Below are positions 1 through 14,640 of a DNA stretch of 64,000 nucleotides, piece by piece (the first letter of the stretch is position 1; each line of letters opens with the position of its first letter). The notes under the pieces were generated by a model. The model made no database searches, was not told the origin of the DNA, and saw only the letters and a list, made by a program, of their open reading frames with translations. The stretch comes from Eledone cirrhosa (lineage: Eukaryota): positions 806,001-870,000 of the forward strand of contig OZ024756.1 in assembly GCA_964016885.1 (NCBI GenBank). Reading direction: 5' to 3'. The position numbers and the translations under genes were made by a program.

Positions 1-4
1 ATAT

Positions 5-261
5 ATAAAATATTAAAAAAATAATGAATAAACAAAGAAACAGTTCCTTATATTAAACAAAAAAAGAACTTTTTTTGTTTAATATAAGGAACTGTTTCTT
101 TGTTTATTCATTATTTTTTTAATATTTTATCTTGACTCTGTATTCCGTTTCTCTTTCACCAAAAGTGATTTTTGAATGCATCTCTTCTTTTCATGATATC
201 CAGATTACATTGAGTTCTTCATACGGATTGGACACTACCGTAAACTTTTGGTAGATTTATC
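5..261. mobile_element. Penelope-like remnant with a perfect 62-bp palindrome (5-130)
   Basis: Arms 5-66 and 69-130 are exact reverse complements; sequence is homologous to 8155-8210 and 44240-44420. Confidence 0.6.
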
Positions 262-308
262 TATATATATTTATATATATTTATATTTATATATATATAT
301 ATATTTAT

Positions 309-2733
309 CATCATCATCATCATCACCGTTTTACGTCCGTTCTTCCACGCTAGCATGGGTTAGACGGGTTGTCCTGTTGTGGGCAGTGTCTGGTCGGCTG
401 ACCATGCCTTGCTCATACAGGAACTGATCTGGCTTGATTTCTACAGCTGGATGCCCTTCCTAACACCAACCTCATTTACAGTGAGTGCTGGGTGCTTTTT
501 CGTGGCGCCTACACGTCCACTTTACAGTGTGGGCTGGGTGCTTTTTTGCCGTGGCACCTCCACGACCACCTTGCGGTGGGGGGGGGGGGGGCATATTGTT
601 TATATGCTTCAGCATGTACCCATGGGAGGTCGGGTACCCTGTATTACTGCGTGACGCCAGAAGTCACGGTCGTGTGTCATTGACTTTGAGAGGTGTAGTT
701 GGGTAAGGTCGGCTTTTATCACCTCATCCCAAGTCATCTTGGGTCTCCCCACTCCGCGGTTTCCATCAACTTCTAGTGCTCTGCACCTTTTTATGCAGCT
801 GTCATCCTTCATACGCATCACATGTCCATACCAGCGTAACCGCCTCTCCTGCACGCAGCATTTGATTCCTCTTATGCTCAGTCTCTCTCTCAATTCATTT
901 ATGCTTTGTCGTTCACGTATATTACTGTTACACATCCATCGGAGCATGCAGGCTTCGTTTCTCTCTAATCTACGTAAGTCTTCCACCTTCAGCGCCCAGG
1001 TCTCACTACCATGCAACATCGCTGTTCGGATACACGCATCATACAGTCTGCCTTTCATTCTGAGGGAGAAGCCTTTTGCAGCTAGCAGTGGTAGTAGTTC
1101 CCTAAACTTCTTCCATCCCGTTCTTACCCTAGTTATTGTACTTTCTGAGCACCCACCTCCGTTGCTAATTCGGTCACCTAGGTAGCAGAAGCTGTCTACT
1201 GTTTCTACAGGGCCCTCCCAGAGATTGGTGGTACTTGTTTCCTGTGGCTGTTTGCTTGCTGTTTCAGCACAGCTGCTGCATGTGAATCCTACATTCTTAA
1301 TTAAGCTTCCTGAGATCCCGCTACATCTCTTGTGTACCCATTGTTTGCATTTGGGGCAAAGAATGGAGTTCCTACCTACACCTTTCCTACATACTGAGCA
1401 AGGCCATTTCCCTGAGGGGATCTGGGTTCTGTTTTCTCGTCTACTTATAAGGACCTTAGTCTTTGTCATGTTGACTTTGAGGCCCTTTCTCTCTAGTCCC
1501 TGCTTCCAGGTTTGGAATTTATTCTCTAGTTCTACCATAGATTCAGCTATGAGTGCGAGGTCATCAGCATACAGGAGTTCCCATGGGCATCCGGTCTTAA
1601 ACTCCTCCGTTATTGCCTGCAGGACTATGATGAACAGGAGAGGGCTAAGAACAGAGCCCTGGTGGACCCCAACCTGTACGCTAAATTCCTCGCTATACTC
1701 ATTGCCAATCCTAACTTTGCTGACTGCTCCCCTATACATGGCTTGTACCGCTTTCACAAGCCATTCATCTACTCCTAGTTTTCTAAGAGCCCACCAGATT
1801 ACTGCACGTGGAACTCTGTCAAAGGCTTTCTCAAGGTCGACAAATGCCAAGTAGAGTGGCTTACTTTTAGCTAGGTACTTTTCCTGTAATTGCCTCACAA
1901 GGAAGAGCGCATCAGTGGTGCCTTTCCCTGGAACAAACCCAAATTGCATCTCGTCTATATTCACCCGGTCCCTAATCAGCTGTGCTATAACTCTTTCTGT
2001 TACTTTCATGACCTGGTCCATCAACTTTATACCTCTATAGTTTCCTCTATCTAGTGCATCGCCTTTACCTTTGTAGCAGTTGACAATGATGCTACTGCAC
2101 CAATCTTTTGGTATGGCCCCCTCTAGTATTACCTGGTTAACGATACGTGTGGTTATAGTGTGACCTACAGACCCAGATGCCTTCAGCATCTCGGCAGCTA
2201 TACCCGATGGACCGGTTGCCTTCCCTATCTTCATATCTCTGATTGCCTTACTTACTACGCTGCCGCTGACTTGTACTGCTGGTCCCTCTATAGGGTCTAC
2301 GTGGGGTAGGGTCTCTTCTTCCCATGCATTCTCCTCATTTAGTAATCTATCATAATGACTCTTCCATGCATCTTTCTTCTCAGCACTTGTGAGGGCAAGC
2401 TCACCTTTATCATTCCGGATACACTTCTCTCCAATGACATCACAACTATCTCTGACACACTGCCTCGCAATCTTGAATACCTCCTGTTTCTGGTCCTCAC
2501 GTTGTAAAACATGCTTGAATTTTCTATCCTCTGCTTCCCTCCTAGCTAAGTATACTTGTCGCCTAGCTTCCCTCTTGGTCTCTATGTAATGTACCCTGCT
2601 CCCCCCGTTCTTCCATTCTTTCCATGCCTGTCTCTTGGCCTTGACTGCTTCATCTACTTTATTGTTCCACCACCAAGTCACTCTCCTCCTGCTTGAGGTC
2701 TTACTCCAGCCACAAACCTCATCCGTCGCCTCT
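309..2733 (-). mobile_element. 5'-truncated RTE-clade LINE (family A); open 690-aa RT frame at 609-2681
   Basis: RT motifs [37 protein letters not shown]; C4HC3 finger; 3' UTR ending in (ATG)n tail inside (TA)n. Confidence 0.95.
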
Positions 2734-2780
2734 AGTAAGTTATATTTATATTTATATATATATATTTATATTTATATATA

Positions 2781-2831
<51 letters not shown>

Positions 2832-3620
2832 CATCATCCTCATTATCACCGTTTTTCGTCCGTTCTACCGCGCTAGCATGGGTTAGACGGGTTGTCCTGT
2901 TGTGGGCAGTGACTGGTCGGCTGACCATGCCTTGCTCATACAGGAACTGATTTGGCTTTATTTCTACAGCTGGATGCCCTTCCTAACACCAACCTCATTT
3001 ACAGTGTGGGCTGGGTGTTTTTTTGCCGTGGCACCTCCACGACCACCTTGCAGTGGGGGGTGTGGGGGCATATTGTCTATATGCTTCAGCTTGTACCCAT
3101 GGGAGGTCAGGTACTCTGTATTACTGCGTGACACCAGAGGTCACGGTCGTCTGTCATCGCCTTTGAGAGGTGTAATTGGGTAAGGTCGGCTTTTATCACC
3201 TCATCCCAGGTCATCTTGGGTCTCCCCACTCCACAGTTTCCATCGACTTCTAGTGCTCTGCACCTTTTTATGCAGCTGTCATCCTTCATACGCATCACAT
3301 GTCCATACCAACGCAACCGCCTCTCCTGCACACAGCATTTGATTCCTCTTATGCTCAGTCTCTCTCTCAATTCATTTATGCTTTGTCATTCGCGAATATT
3401 ACTATTACACATCCATCGGAGCATGCAGGCTTCGTTTCTCTCTAATCTACGTAAGTCTTCCACCTTCAGCGCCCAGGTCTCACTACCATGCAACATCGCT
3501 GTTCGGATACACGCATCATACAGTCTGCCTTTCATTTTGAGGGAGAAGCCTTTTGCAGCTAGCAGTGGTAGTAGTTCCCTAAACTTCTTCCATCCCGTTC
3601 TTGACCTAATTCGGTCACCT
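2832..3620 (-). mobile_element. Second, shorter 3' fragment of RTE family A
   Basis: Near-identical to 309-1180, including the 3' UTR and tail. Confidence 0.93.
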
Positions 3621-3629
3621 ATATATATA

Positions 3630-3710
<81 letters not shown>

Positions 3711-3844
3711 ATATATTTATATATTTATATATATATTTATATATATATAAGTATGTATGTATACGTACATACATATATGCATACAGACGTACAGACGTAC
3801 TGCTCAGCCGTTAATTTTCATAAGGAAAGTATATACTTTCGAAC

Positions 3845-3931
3845 GTTCAACCATCTGGCAGAAGGGTATACGGTGCTGACGATAGCTAACAAGCTTGAAA
3901 CTAGTACATCGTTCCTGTGTCAGTGTTGAAC
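3845..3931 (+). ncRNA. Type I hammerhead ribozyme motif (minimal, Penelope-type)
   Basis: Stem I acggtg/catcgt extended by aggg/tcct, ctggca/tgtcag and gttcaac/gttgaac; CTGACGA 3876-3882; stem II agct-aaca-agct; GAAA 3897-3900; palindromic stem III ACTAGT; GUA site at 3904-3906. Confidence 0.75.
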
Positions 3932-4061
3932 AAAAAGGTGACGTGGTTGCCTTAACACCGTACGGCATAAATCAGGCTGTCCGCTTGTTTACAAACAGAC
4001 AAAGCGGGCGTTATAATAAACGTCCGCTAAACTGATACGTACATATATATATGTGTACCTG

Positions 4062-4108
<47 letters not shown>

Positions 4109-4398
4109 GCTACTGTACGTCTGTATGCATATATGTATGTACGTATACATACATACTTACATTTAAGTAAATGCCGTACTAAGAGTGAGAAATGAAATTT
4201 CATTTCATTCTATTCCATTTTATATATATATTTATATATTTAAATATATATATTTATATATATATATATATATTTATATATTTATATATATTTATATATA
4301 TATATATATTTATTTATATATTTATATATATATTTATATATTTATATATATATTTATATATTTATATATATATATTTATTTATATATATATATTTATT

Positions 4399-4491
<93 letters not shown>

Positions 4492-4654
4492 ATATTTATA
4501 TAATTAAGTTAAAGTGTACATCTACATATGTATACGGAAGTACTAGTATGCATATAAATACACACATGTATACATATGTACATGTACCGAGTTTTTCACT
4601 AGACACTTTAATTTCGTTTCGTTATTTGTTTATATATTTATATATATATATATT

Positions 4655-4687
<33 letters not shown>

Positions 4688-4724
4688 TTATATATATATA
4701 TTTATTTATATATATATATTTATT

Positions 4725-4777
<53 letters not shown>

Positions 4778-4812
4778 ATATATATATAAATATATATATA
4801 TATATTTATATT

Positions 4813-4843
<31 letters not shown>

Positions 4844-4931
4844 ATTTATATATATATATATTTATATATATATATATTTATATATATATTTATATATATA
4901 TATATTTATATATATATATTTATATATATAT

Positions 4932-5615
4932 CATCATCATCATCATCATCATCAGGTTTAGCGTCCGTGTTCCACGCTTGCATGGGTTTGGACGGGGGTT
5001 TTCCCACTTGAGGCAAGAGTGGTTGTCTTGCTCGCATAGGACTGTCTGGCGGGTTTTCTACAGTTGGATGCCCTTCCTAACACCAACCACATTTACAGTG
5101 TGGGGCTGGGAGGTTTTTACCGTGTTGCCTACACGGCCACATTACAGCGTGGACTGTCTGGCGGGTTTTCTACAGCTGGATGCCCTTCCTAACACCAACC
5201 ACATTTACAGTGTGGGGCTGGGAGGTTTTTACCGTGTTGCCTACACGGCCACATTTACAGCGTGGACTGTGTGTTTTTTGTCGTGACACCTACACGATCT
5301 CATTTGTTTCGGCCTGGATGTTGTGGGACCAACATAACTTTACATTGAAAGGGGCGGTGTGGGTGGGGTGGAGGGTGGTGGGACGGGGGTGTGTTTTGAT
5401 AGAGATGCCTACTGACTGTAGTAGGTTTTTACTTTGTATTTAGGTAAGGCGGGTCTTCTCTATTACTGAGTACCGCCAAAGGTCTCGGTCCAGTGACATT
5501 GTCTTGGAGAGGTGTAAGCGTGTGAGGTCGGAATTTATCAGCTCGTCCCATGTTTTTCTGGGTCTGCCTACTCCGTGGCTACCGTCTATCTTTATTGCCC
5601 TGCACTTTGTTATAC
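4932..5615 (-). mobile_element. 3' fragment of RTE LINE family C
   Basis: Encodes [15 protein letters not shown]; 3' UTR with an internal ~113-bp duplication; (ATG)n tail; near-identical reverse complement of 24570-25251. Confidence 0.9.
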
Positions 5616-5627
5616 AATATATATATT

Positions 5628-5662
<35 letters not shown>

Positions 5663-6117
5663 ATTTATATATATATATATTTATATATATATATATATAT
5701 TTATATACAATACATTAACAGAGAAAGCCTTAAGCTATACTCTGACTGGCTACCATCTCACTCAACAAACAATAGGATATACCTTAGTATAATCCCAATT
5801 TTACGTTTGGGGTGCTATATTGATATACCTTAGTATAATCCCAATATATACTATATGTATTTTGCGGAAAGCCAGTTGTATTATTTTATATGAGATATAA
5901 TTAAAATTAAAATATATCTCCCTTTCCAAACAATTGTTTCATTATAAGTTTTCTACAAGTTGGGAGAATGTGTCCGGGTTATGTAGAAGCCTGCACATCT
6001 TTCCGTAGGAACATATGCAGGTGGGCACTTATAAATCATCAGTGGATGCCCGTCAAACATCGATATAAGAAAAATTCTCTTACCAATGTCAAATTTCATG
6101 TCATATTTATATATATA

Positions 6118-8045
<1,928 letters not shown>

Positions 8046-8208
8046 TTTATATATATATTTCATGTCATATTTATATATATATTTATATATATATTTATAT
8101 ATATATTTATATATATATATATTTATATATATATTTATATATATATATATTTATATAAAATATTAAACAAATAATGAATAAACAATTCCTTATATTAAAC
8201 AAAAAAAG

Positions 8209-8363
8209 TTCATTATTTAACGATCGTTTCTAGGATATATATGTGTTATAATTGGTATGCATATTCAACAGATCTATGTACAAAATTATACAAAATTATA
8301 CAAATTATCAAGATTAAATATACATACCAAACACATATATACGCCGTCTTCAGAAATAATGAA
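8209..8363 (-). ncRNA. Type I hammerhead motif with long stem II, in a Penelope-like remnant (~8155-8430)
   Basis: - strand: perfect 10-bp stem I ttcattattt/aaataatgaa, CTGAAGA, ~116-nt stem II closed by tatatatgtgt/acacatatata, GAAA, palindrome ACGATCGT, GUU site (probably decayed). Confidence 0.65.
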
Positions 8364-8508
8364 GTATATTTATTGATAATAACAACAATTCAAAATTTCA
8401 GTTCAAAATTGACCAATGAAAACACAAAAATATATATATATATATTTATATATATATTTATATATATATTTATATATTTATATATATATATATATATATT
8501 TATATATT

Positions 8509-8541
<33 letters not shown>

Positions 8542-8819
8542 ATTTATATATAGTAATAATAATAAAATTGAAGACTAAAATCCAAAGAGGGCTCGATAAG
8601 GGAAATATATATCAAATATATAAGAACCGTAGAGCAAATATTTATTAAAATAACAGATTCTTTGCTTAAACTTTAATCTGTTATTTTAATAAATATATAT
8701 TTATATATATATATATTTATATATATATATATATATTTATATATATTTATATTTATATATATATTTATATATATATTTATATTTATATATATTTATATTT
8801 ATATATATATATTTATATT

Positions 8820-8850
<31 letters not shown>

Positions 8851-8919
8851 TTATATATTTATATATATATTTATATATATATTTATATATTTATATATAT
8901 ATATATATATTTATATATT

Positions 8920-8954
<35 letters not shown>

Positions 8955-8979
8955 ATTTATATATATATTTATATATATT

Positions 8980-9012
<33 letters not shown>

Positions 9013-9272
9013 ATTTATATATATATATATATATTTATATATATTTATATTTATATATATTTATATATATATTTATATTTATATATATTTATATATATAT
9101 TTATATTTATATATATTTATATATATATTTATATATATATATATTTATATTAGAAAGTGAGGTTTATTTTACAAAATGAAAAATAACCGAGGTGTCCTAC
9201 ACGAGTGAAAGTATAAAGAAAAAGAGATGAAATCGAAAATGCAACTGGAGTCTTATTTTTTAAAAAAATATA

Positions 9273-10164
9273 CAGGGTGTTCGGGATAAATTTGACAGAA
9301 TAATATTTGGTTGTTTTTTCAGATGTTTTAAATTCACTCATGCCCACTAGGCTTTATTTGAAAGTTTAAACCCTCCTTCATTCACATATGTGATGACAAC
9401 GAGAATGGATGACTGGGAGCCACCTGAATCATGGAAGAGAATAACTTGTATCATGATGATTCGCGCCGGCCATCAAAATAAGGAGATTATGGTCGCTGCT
9501 CAATGCTCCCTGAACACTGTAAAAACAATCTGGCATGAAGTGGAGAATTGCAATGGAGACTACGAGGCTGTGGCTAGAAGAAAGAAACATAACAGAAGAT
9601 CTGATTGCTCTCGCACAGCAGAATTCATCGAAAATCTGCAGAAAAAAGTGTTGTAGGACCCTGGCATCGGAATTCGGTCTTTGTTGCGTGAATTGAATGT
9701 TTCAGCCTCTACTATGAAAATTGCACTCAATGAAGACCTTCGCTACTACTCATACAAGCGTCGCAGAGGTCAAAAATGGTTGTCAGCCAATTTTTACGAC
9801 TACACCAGTCCCAATGTTTGGCCTCCGAACTCCCCTGATCTTAACCCGATGGACTATTATGTATGGGGCGCTGTAGAGAAAGACACCAATCGCCGTGCCA
9901 GTACTACAAAAGCCCAGTTAATCGACAGAATTAAAGTAGTTTTTGAGGGTCTTCCCAGGGAAAGTGTAAAATCAGCTTGCTCCAGGTTCCGGGCCTGGAT
10001 TGAGGCTGTAATAGACGCTAATGGCGGTTATTTTGAGTAAAACTCTTTGACAATAGTGTAATTTCCTTGTCCATTGAATTTCTTTTAAATCAAATAAATT
10101 TTGTAGATACCAAGCACTTTTTCTTTTTCCTGATGAAACTGTCAAATTTATCCCGAACACCCTG
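9273..10164 (+). mobile_element. Internally deleted Tc1/mariner (maT/DD37D-like) transposon
   Basis: 26-bp TIRs cagggtgttcgggataaatttgacag, TA TSD; transposase remnants 9390-10040 with WPPNSPDLNPMDYYVW; in-frame stop at 9654 and deletion near 9772. Confidence 0.92.
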
Positions 10165-10313
10165 TATATATTTAAAAAAAAAATAAGACTCCAGTTGCAT
10201 TTTCGATTTCATCTCTTTTTCTTTATATATTTATATATATATATTTATATATTTATTTATATTTATATATATTTATATATATATTTATATTTATATATAT
10301 TTATATATATATT

Positions 10314-10344
<31 letters not shown>

Positions 10345-10441
10345 TTATATATGTATATATATATTTATATATATATTTATATATATATATATTATATATA
10401 TATATATATCTATTTATATATATATATATATTATATATATA

Positions 10442-10508
<67 letters not shown>

Positions 10509-10538
10509 TAACATATATATATTTATATATATATATAT

Positions 10539-13500
10539 AGGGCATCCAACCAGTGTATCAATGCCAAAAAGCTTATCAGCACAGCAACAAAACAGCATAG
10601 AAAAATATGAAGACGTCGCATCTCAGAGTTGCAACACTTAATGTTGGCACTCTCAGAGGTAGATCTGCTGAAATAGCGGAGATGCTGGAGAGAAGGCAGG
10701 TGGATGTGTGCTGCGTGCAAGAGGTGAGATGGAGAGGTGCCTCTGCGAGACTAGTCGTAGGCAAGCGTCTTAGCTATAAGCTATTCTGGGTAGGTAAGGA
10801 TGATGGGTTAGGGGGAGTAGGCATTTTCCTGGCTGAGAAATGGATCAATAAGACAATAGAGGTAGTTCGAGTTAGTAATCGAATAATTAAGCTTAGATTA
10901 GTTGTAGGTAGGAGACTACTGACAATCATCTCGGTCTATGCTCCCCAAGCAGGCCTAGGCAAAGATGAGAAAGACTGCTTTTATGAGCAACTTTTGCAAA
11001 CAACCACAATGACAGAGGACGGAGACATCGTTATGCTAGCAGGAGACTTCAATGGTCATGTTGGACAGCTCCAGGATGGTTACACTGGGGTACATGGTGG
11101 GCACGGTTACGGTTCAAGAAATGAAGAAGGAGTGAGACTTCTTGAATTTTGTGATGCAAGTACATTGACTATTTGCAACACAAACTTCCAGAAACGTGCT
11201 AATCACCTAATAACCTACAAATCTAGTGAGCACATAAGCCAGATTGACTTCCTGCTAGTTAGGCAGCGGGACAGGCAGATAGTGTCTAATACCAAGGCAT
11301 ACCCTGGGGAAGAATGTACCCCACAGCATAGGTTAGTTGTTAGTGATATCTCAGTAAGCAAGAGATGGAATGAGACATATAGGAAGGTGTGGAGAAGAAA
11401 GGTCTGGAAGCTAAAAGACCTTTCACTAAAATTCAAATTTAGGAAAGCCCTTCAAGATGTATATGACGAAAAAGAAGACGATTTAGAGACGTATGACATA
11501 GATAATAACTGGAAGTTCTTACATGACAACTTGCTGCAGGCTACTGATGAAACCTGTGGCTGGAGCAGAGCTCCAACCAGACAGAGAGTGACCTGGTGGT
11601 GGAACAGCACAGTAGATAAGGCTATTAGAGACAAAAGACTAGCATGGAAGGCTTCGAAAAAGGGTGGGAGTAGGGAAGAATATACAGCCACTAAGAGAGA
11701 AGCTAGACGTCAGGTGTACTTAGCACGCAGGGAGGCAGAGAGTAGGAGGTTTGCCAATGTTCTGCGACGGGAAGATCAGAGGCGTGCGGTGTTCCACATT
11801 GCAAGGCAGTGTGTCAATGCAAATCAGGATGTTGTTGGTGATAAATGTGTCCGGGATGATGCCGGTGTACTTAGTGTCACGAATGACCAGAAAAAGGAGG
11901 CCTGGAAATGTCATTATGAGAGACTGATGAATGTGGAGAACGAATGGGAGAGAGAGAAATTACCCTTGGTAGATCCGACAGAGGGACCAGCTATTGAGAT
12001 TGACGAATATAGGGTCCAAGAGGCGATTAGGGAAATGAAAAATGGTAAGGCAGCCGGACCATCGGGAATAGTTGCTGAGATGCTGAAGGCATCAGGGGAC
12101 GTAGGCACTAAACTGGTTGCACGCATCATCAATCAGGCTATATATGGTGGTGTCATACCCAAAGACTGGTGCAGCAGTATTCTCATAAATTGCTACAAAG
12201 GTAAAGGGGATGCTTTGGAGAGGAGCAATTATAGGGGTATAAAACTGATAGATCAGGTTATGAAAGTGGCAGAAAGGATTTTAGCACAACTAATTAGAGA
12301 AAGGGTCAAACTAGATGAGATGCAGTTTGGTTTTGTGCCTGGGAAGAGTACAACAGATGCCCTCTTCTTGGTGAGACAAATGCAAGAGAGGTTCTTAGAG
12401 AAGAATAAGCCACTATACTTAGCCTTTGTTGACCTAGAGAAGGCCTTTGATAGGGTACCCCGATCTGTCATCTGGTGGTCCCTAAGGAAGCTGGGTGTTG
12501 AGGAATGCCTTGTGAGGACAGTGCAAACTTTGTACAGAGGTACTCTCAGTAAAGTCAGGGTAGGAATGGAGTTTAGTGAGGAATTCCAGATACAAGTAGG
12601 AGTACATCAGGGTTCGGTCCTCAGCCCGCTCTTGTTCATTATAGTCCTCCAAGCCATAACAGAGGAGTTTAAGACTGGCTGTCCATGGGAACTTCTCTAT
12701 GCTGACGATCTGGCTCTTATGGCAGAATCAGTAGAGGAGCTAGAGAATAAATTCCGGCTATGGAAACAGCAGTTGGAAGCAAGAGGACTGAGAGTAAATC
12801 TAGCTAAGACAAAAGTGTTGATGAGTAGAAAAGAGGACAAAACCCTGATTCCGTCAGGGAAATGGCCATGTTCGATATGCAGAAAAGGAACTGGCATAAA
12901 TTCTATAAAATGCACACAATGCAGGTCCTGGGTACACAAGAGATGTAGCGGGATAGCAGGCAAACTAACAGGTAGGGAGAAATATGTATGCAGTAGATGT
13001 ACAGGGAAATTAGACAGTAGAAGTCGCACTGATAGACACATTTTTCAAATGCGAGAGGGCGCTATAGAAGTGGTGGATAGCTTCCGGTACCTAGGAGATC
13101 AGATTAGCATAGGAGGAGGGTGTTCCGAGGCCATAGTATCTAGAATAAGGACGGGTTGGAAGAAGTTTAGGGAGCTGCTTCCTCTGTTGACAAAGAAGGG
13201 TTTCTCCCTGCGTACGAAAGGCCGGTTGTATGATGCCTCTGTGAGGAGCGCGATGCTGCATGGTAGTGAGACATGGGCAGCAACCGCAGAGGATATGCGA
13301 CGGCTGGAGAGAAATGAGGCAAGCATGCTCCGTTGGATGTGCAGTGTAAATGTGCGTGAACGACCCAGCATAAATGTGTTGAGAGAGAAACTGTGTCTGA
13401 GAGGGATAGAATGTAGTGTACGGGAGAGGAGACTGAGGTGGTATGGACATGTGATGCGCATGGAGGTTGACCGATGGGTGAAGAAGTGCCAGGAAATGCC

Positions 13501-13692
13501 AGTTGAAGGAAGACGTGGTAGAGGTAGACCACGAAAAACATGGGCGGAGGTGGTGAGAACAGACCTCAGATCATTGAAGTTCACGGTGGAGATGACGAGG
13601 GACCGTGACGAGTGGAGAGATGCTGTGCTGAATAAGACCCGTCCCACCCTTGCAAGCAGGGAAAAGCGGACGTAAAATGATGATGATGATGA
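10539..13692 (+). mobile_element. RTE-clade LINE (family B) with intact ORF
   Basis: Single ORF, (ATG)n tail, flanked by TA microsatellite on both sides. Confidence 0.96.
10607..13675 (+). CDS. RTE polyprotein: APE endonuclease, reverse transcriptase and PHD-type finger (1022 aa)
   Basis: APE motifs [38 protein letters not shown]; RT motifs FVDLEKAFD and YADD; no stops or frameshifts. Confidence 0.95.
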   Translation: MKTSHLRVATLNVGTLRGRSAEIAEMLERRQVDVCCVQEVRWRGASARLVVGKRLSYKLFWVGKDDGLGGVGIFLAEKWINKTIEVVRVSNRIIKLRLVVGRRLLTIISVYAPQAGLGKDEKDCFYEQLLQTTTMTEDGDIVMLAGDFNGHVGQLQDGYTGVHGGHGYGSRNEEGVRLLEFCDASTLTICNTNFQKRANHLITYKSSEHISQIDFLLVRQRDRQIVSNTKAYPGEECTPQHRLVVSDISVSKRWNETYRKVWRRKVWKLKDLSLKFKFRKALQDVYDEKEDDLETYDIDNNWKFLHDNLLQATDETCGWSRAPTRQRVTWWWNSTVDKAIRDKRLAWKASKKGGSREEYTATKREARRQVYLARREAESRRFANVLRREDQRRAVFHIARQCVNANQDVVGDKCVRDDAGVLSVTNDQKKEAWKCHYERLMNVENEWEREKLPLVDPTEGPAIEIDEYRVQEAIREMKNGKAAGPSGIVAEMLKASGDVGTKLVARIINQAIYGGVIPKDWCSSILINCYKGKGDALERSNYRGIKLIDQVMKVAERILAQLIRERVKLDEMQFGFVPGKSTTDALFLVRQMQERFLEKNKPLYLAFVDLEKAFDRVPRSVIWWSLRKLGVEECLVRTVQTLYRGTLSKVRVGMEFSEEFQIQVGVHQGSVLSPLLFIIVLQAITEEFKTGCPWELLYADDLALMAESVEELENKFRLWKQQLEARGLRVNLAKTKVLMSRKEDKTLIPSGKWPCSICRKGTGINSIKCTQCRSWVHKRCSGIAGKLTGREKYVCSRCTGKLDSRSRTDRHIFQMREGAIEVVDSFRYLGDQISIGGGCSEAIVSRIRTGWKKFRELLPLLTKKGFSLRTKGRLYDASVRSAMLHGSETWAATAEDMRRLERNEASMLRWMCSVNVRERPSINVLREKLCLRGIECSVRERRLRWYGHVMRMEVDRWVKKCQEMPVEGRRGRGRPRKTWAEVVRTDLRSLKFTVEMTRDRDEWRDAVLNKTRPTLASREKRT

Positions 13693-13702
13693 TATATTTA
13701 TT

Positions 13703-13733
<31 letters not shown>

Positions 13734-13815
13734 ATATTTATTTATATATATTTATTTATATATATATATTTATATATTTATTTATATATATATATTTATA
13801 TATATATTTATATAA

Positions 13816-13847
<32 letters not shown>

Positions 13848-14471
13848 TTATATATTTATTTATATATATATATTTATATATATATTTATATAAGTATATA
13901 TATATATATATTTATATATATATTTATATATATATTTATATATATATATAGTTATATTTATATATATTTATATATATATATATTTATATAATATATTTAT
14001 ATATATATATTTAGTAATAATAATAAATTTGAAGACTAAAATCCAAAGAGGGCTCGATAAGGATAAATATATATCAAATATATAAGAACCGTAGAGAATC
14101 TGTTATTTGAATAAATATATATATATTTATATATATATATATTTATATATATATATTTATATATATATATATTTATATATATATATTTAATTATATATAT
14201 TTATATATATATATTTATATATATATATTTATATATATATATTTATATATATATATTTATATATATATATTTATATATATATATATTTATATATATATAT
14301 ATTTATATATATATATATTTATATATATATATATTTATATATATATATATTTAATTATATATATTTAATTATATATATTTATATATATATATTTATATAT
14401 ATATATTTATATTTATATATATTTATATATATATATTTATATATATTTATATATATATATTTATATATATT

Positions 14472-14505
<34 letters not shown>

Positions 14506-14640
14506 TATATATATGCAAAAGTTCTATTTAAATTGTTGTTATACAACAAGCAAATATTTTTATAACTGATATAAAGCATTCGACAAGTATTTGGAGTAGA
14601 TATACGATATTAACAAATGGAAACTATATTTATAAAACCA

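Noticed and set aside
739-2589. ORFs antisense to the RTE RT (also 11215-13647)
   Set aside because: Shadow frames of LINE coding sequence with no independent signal
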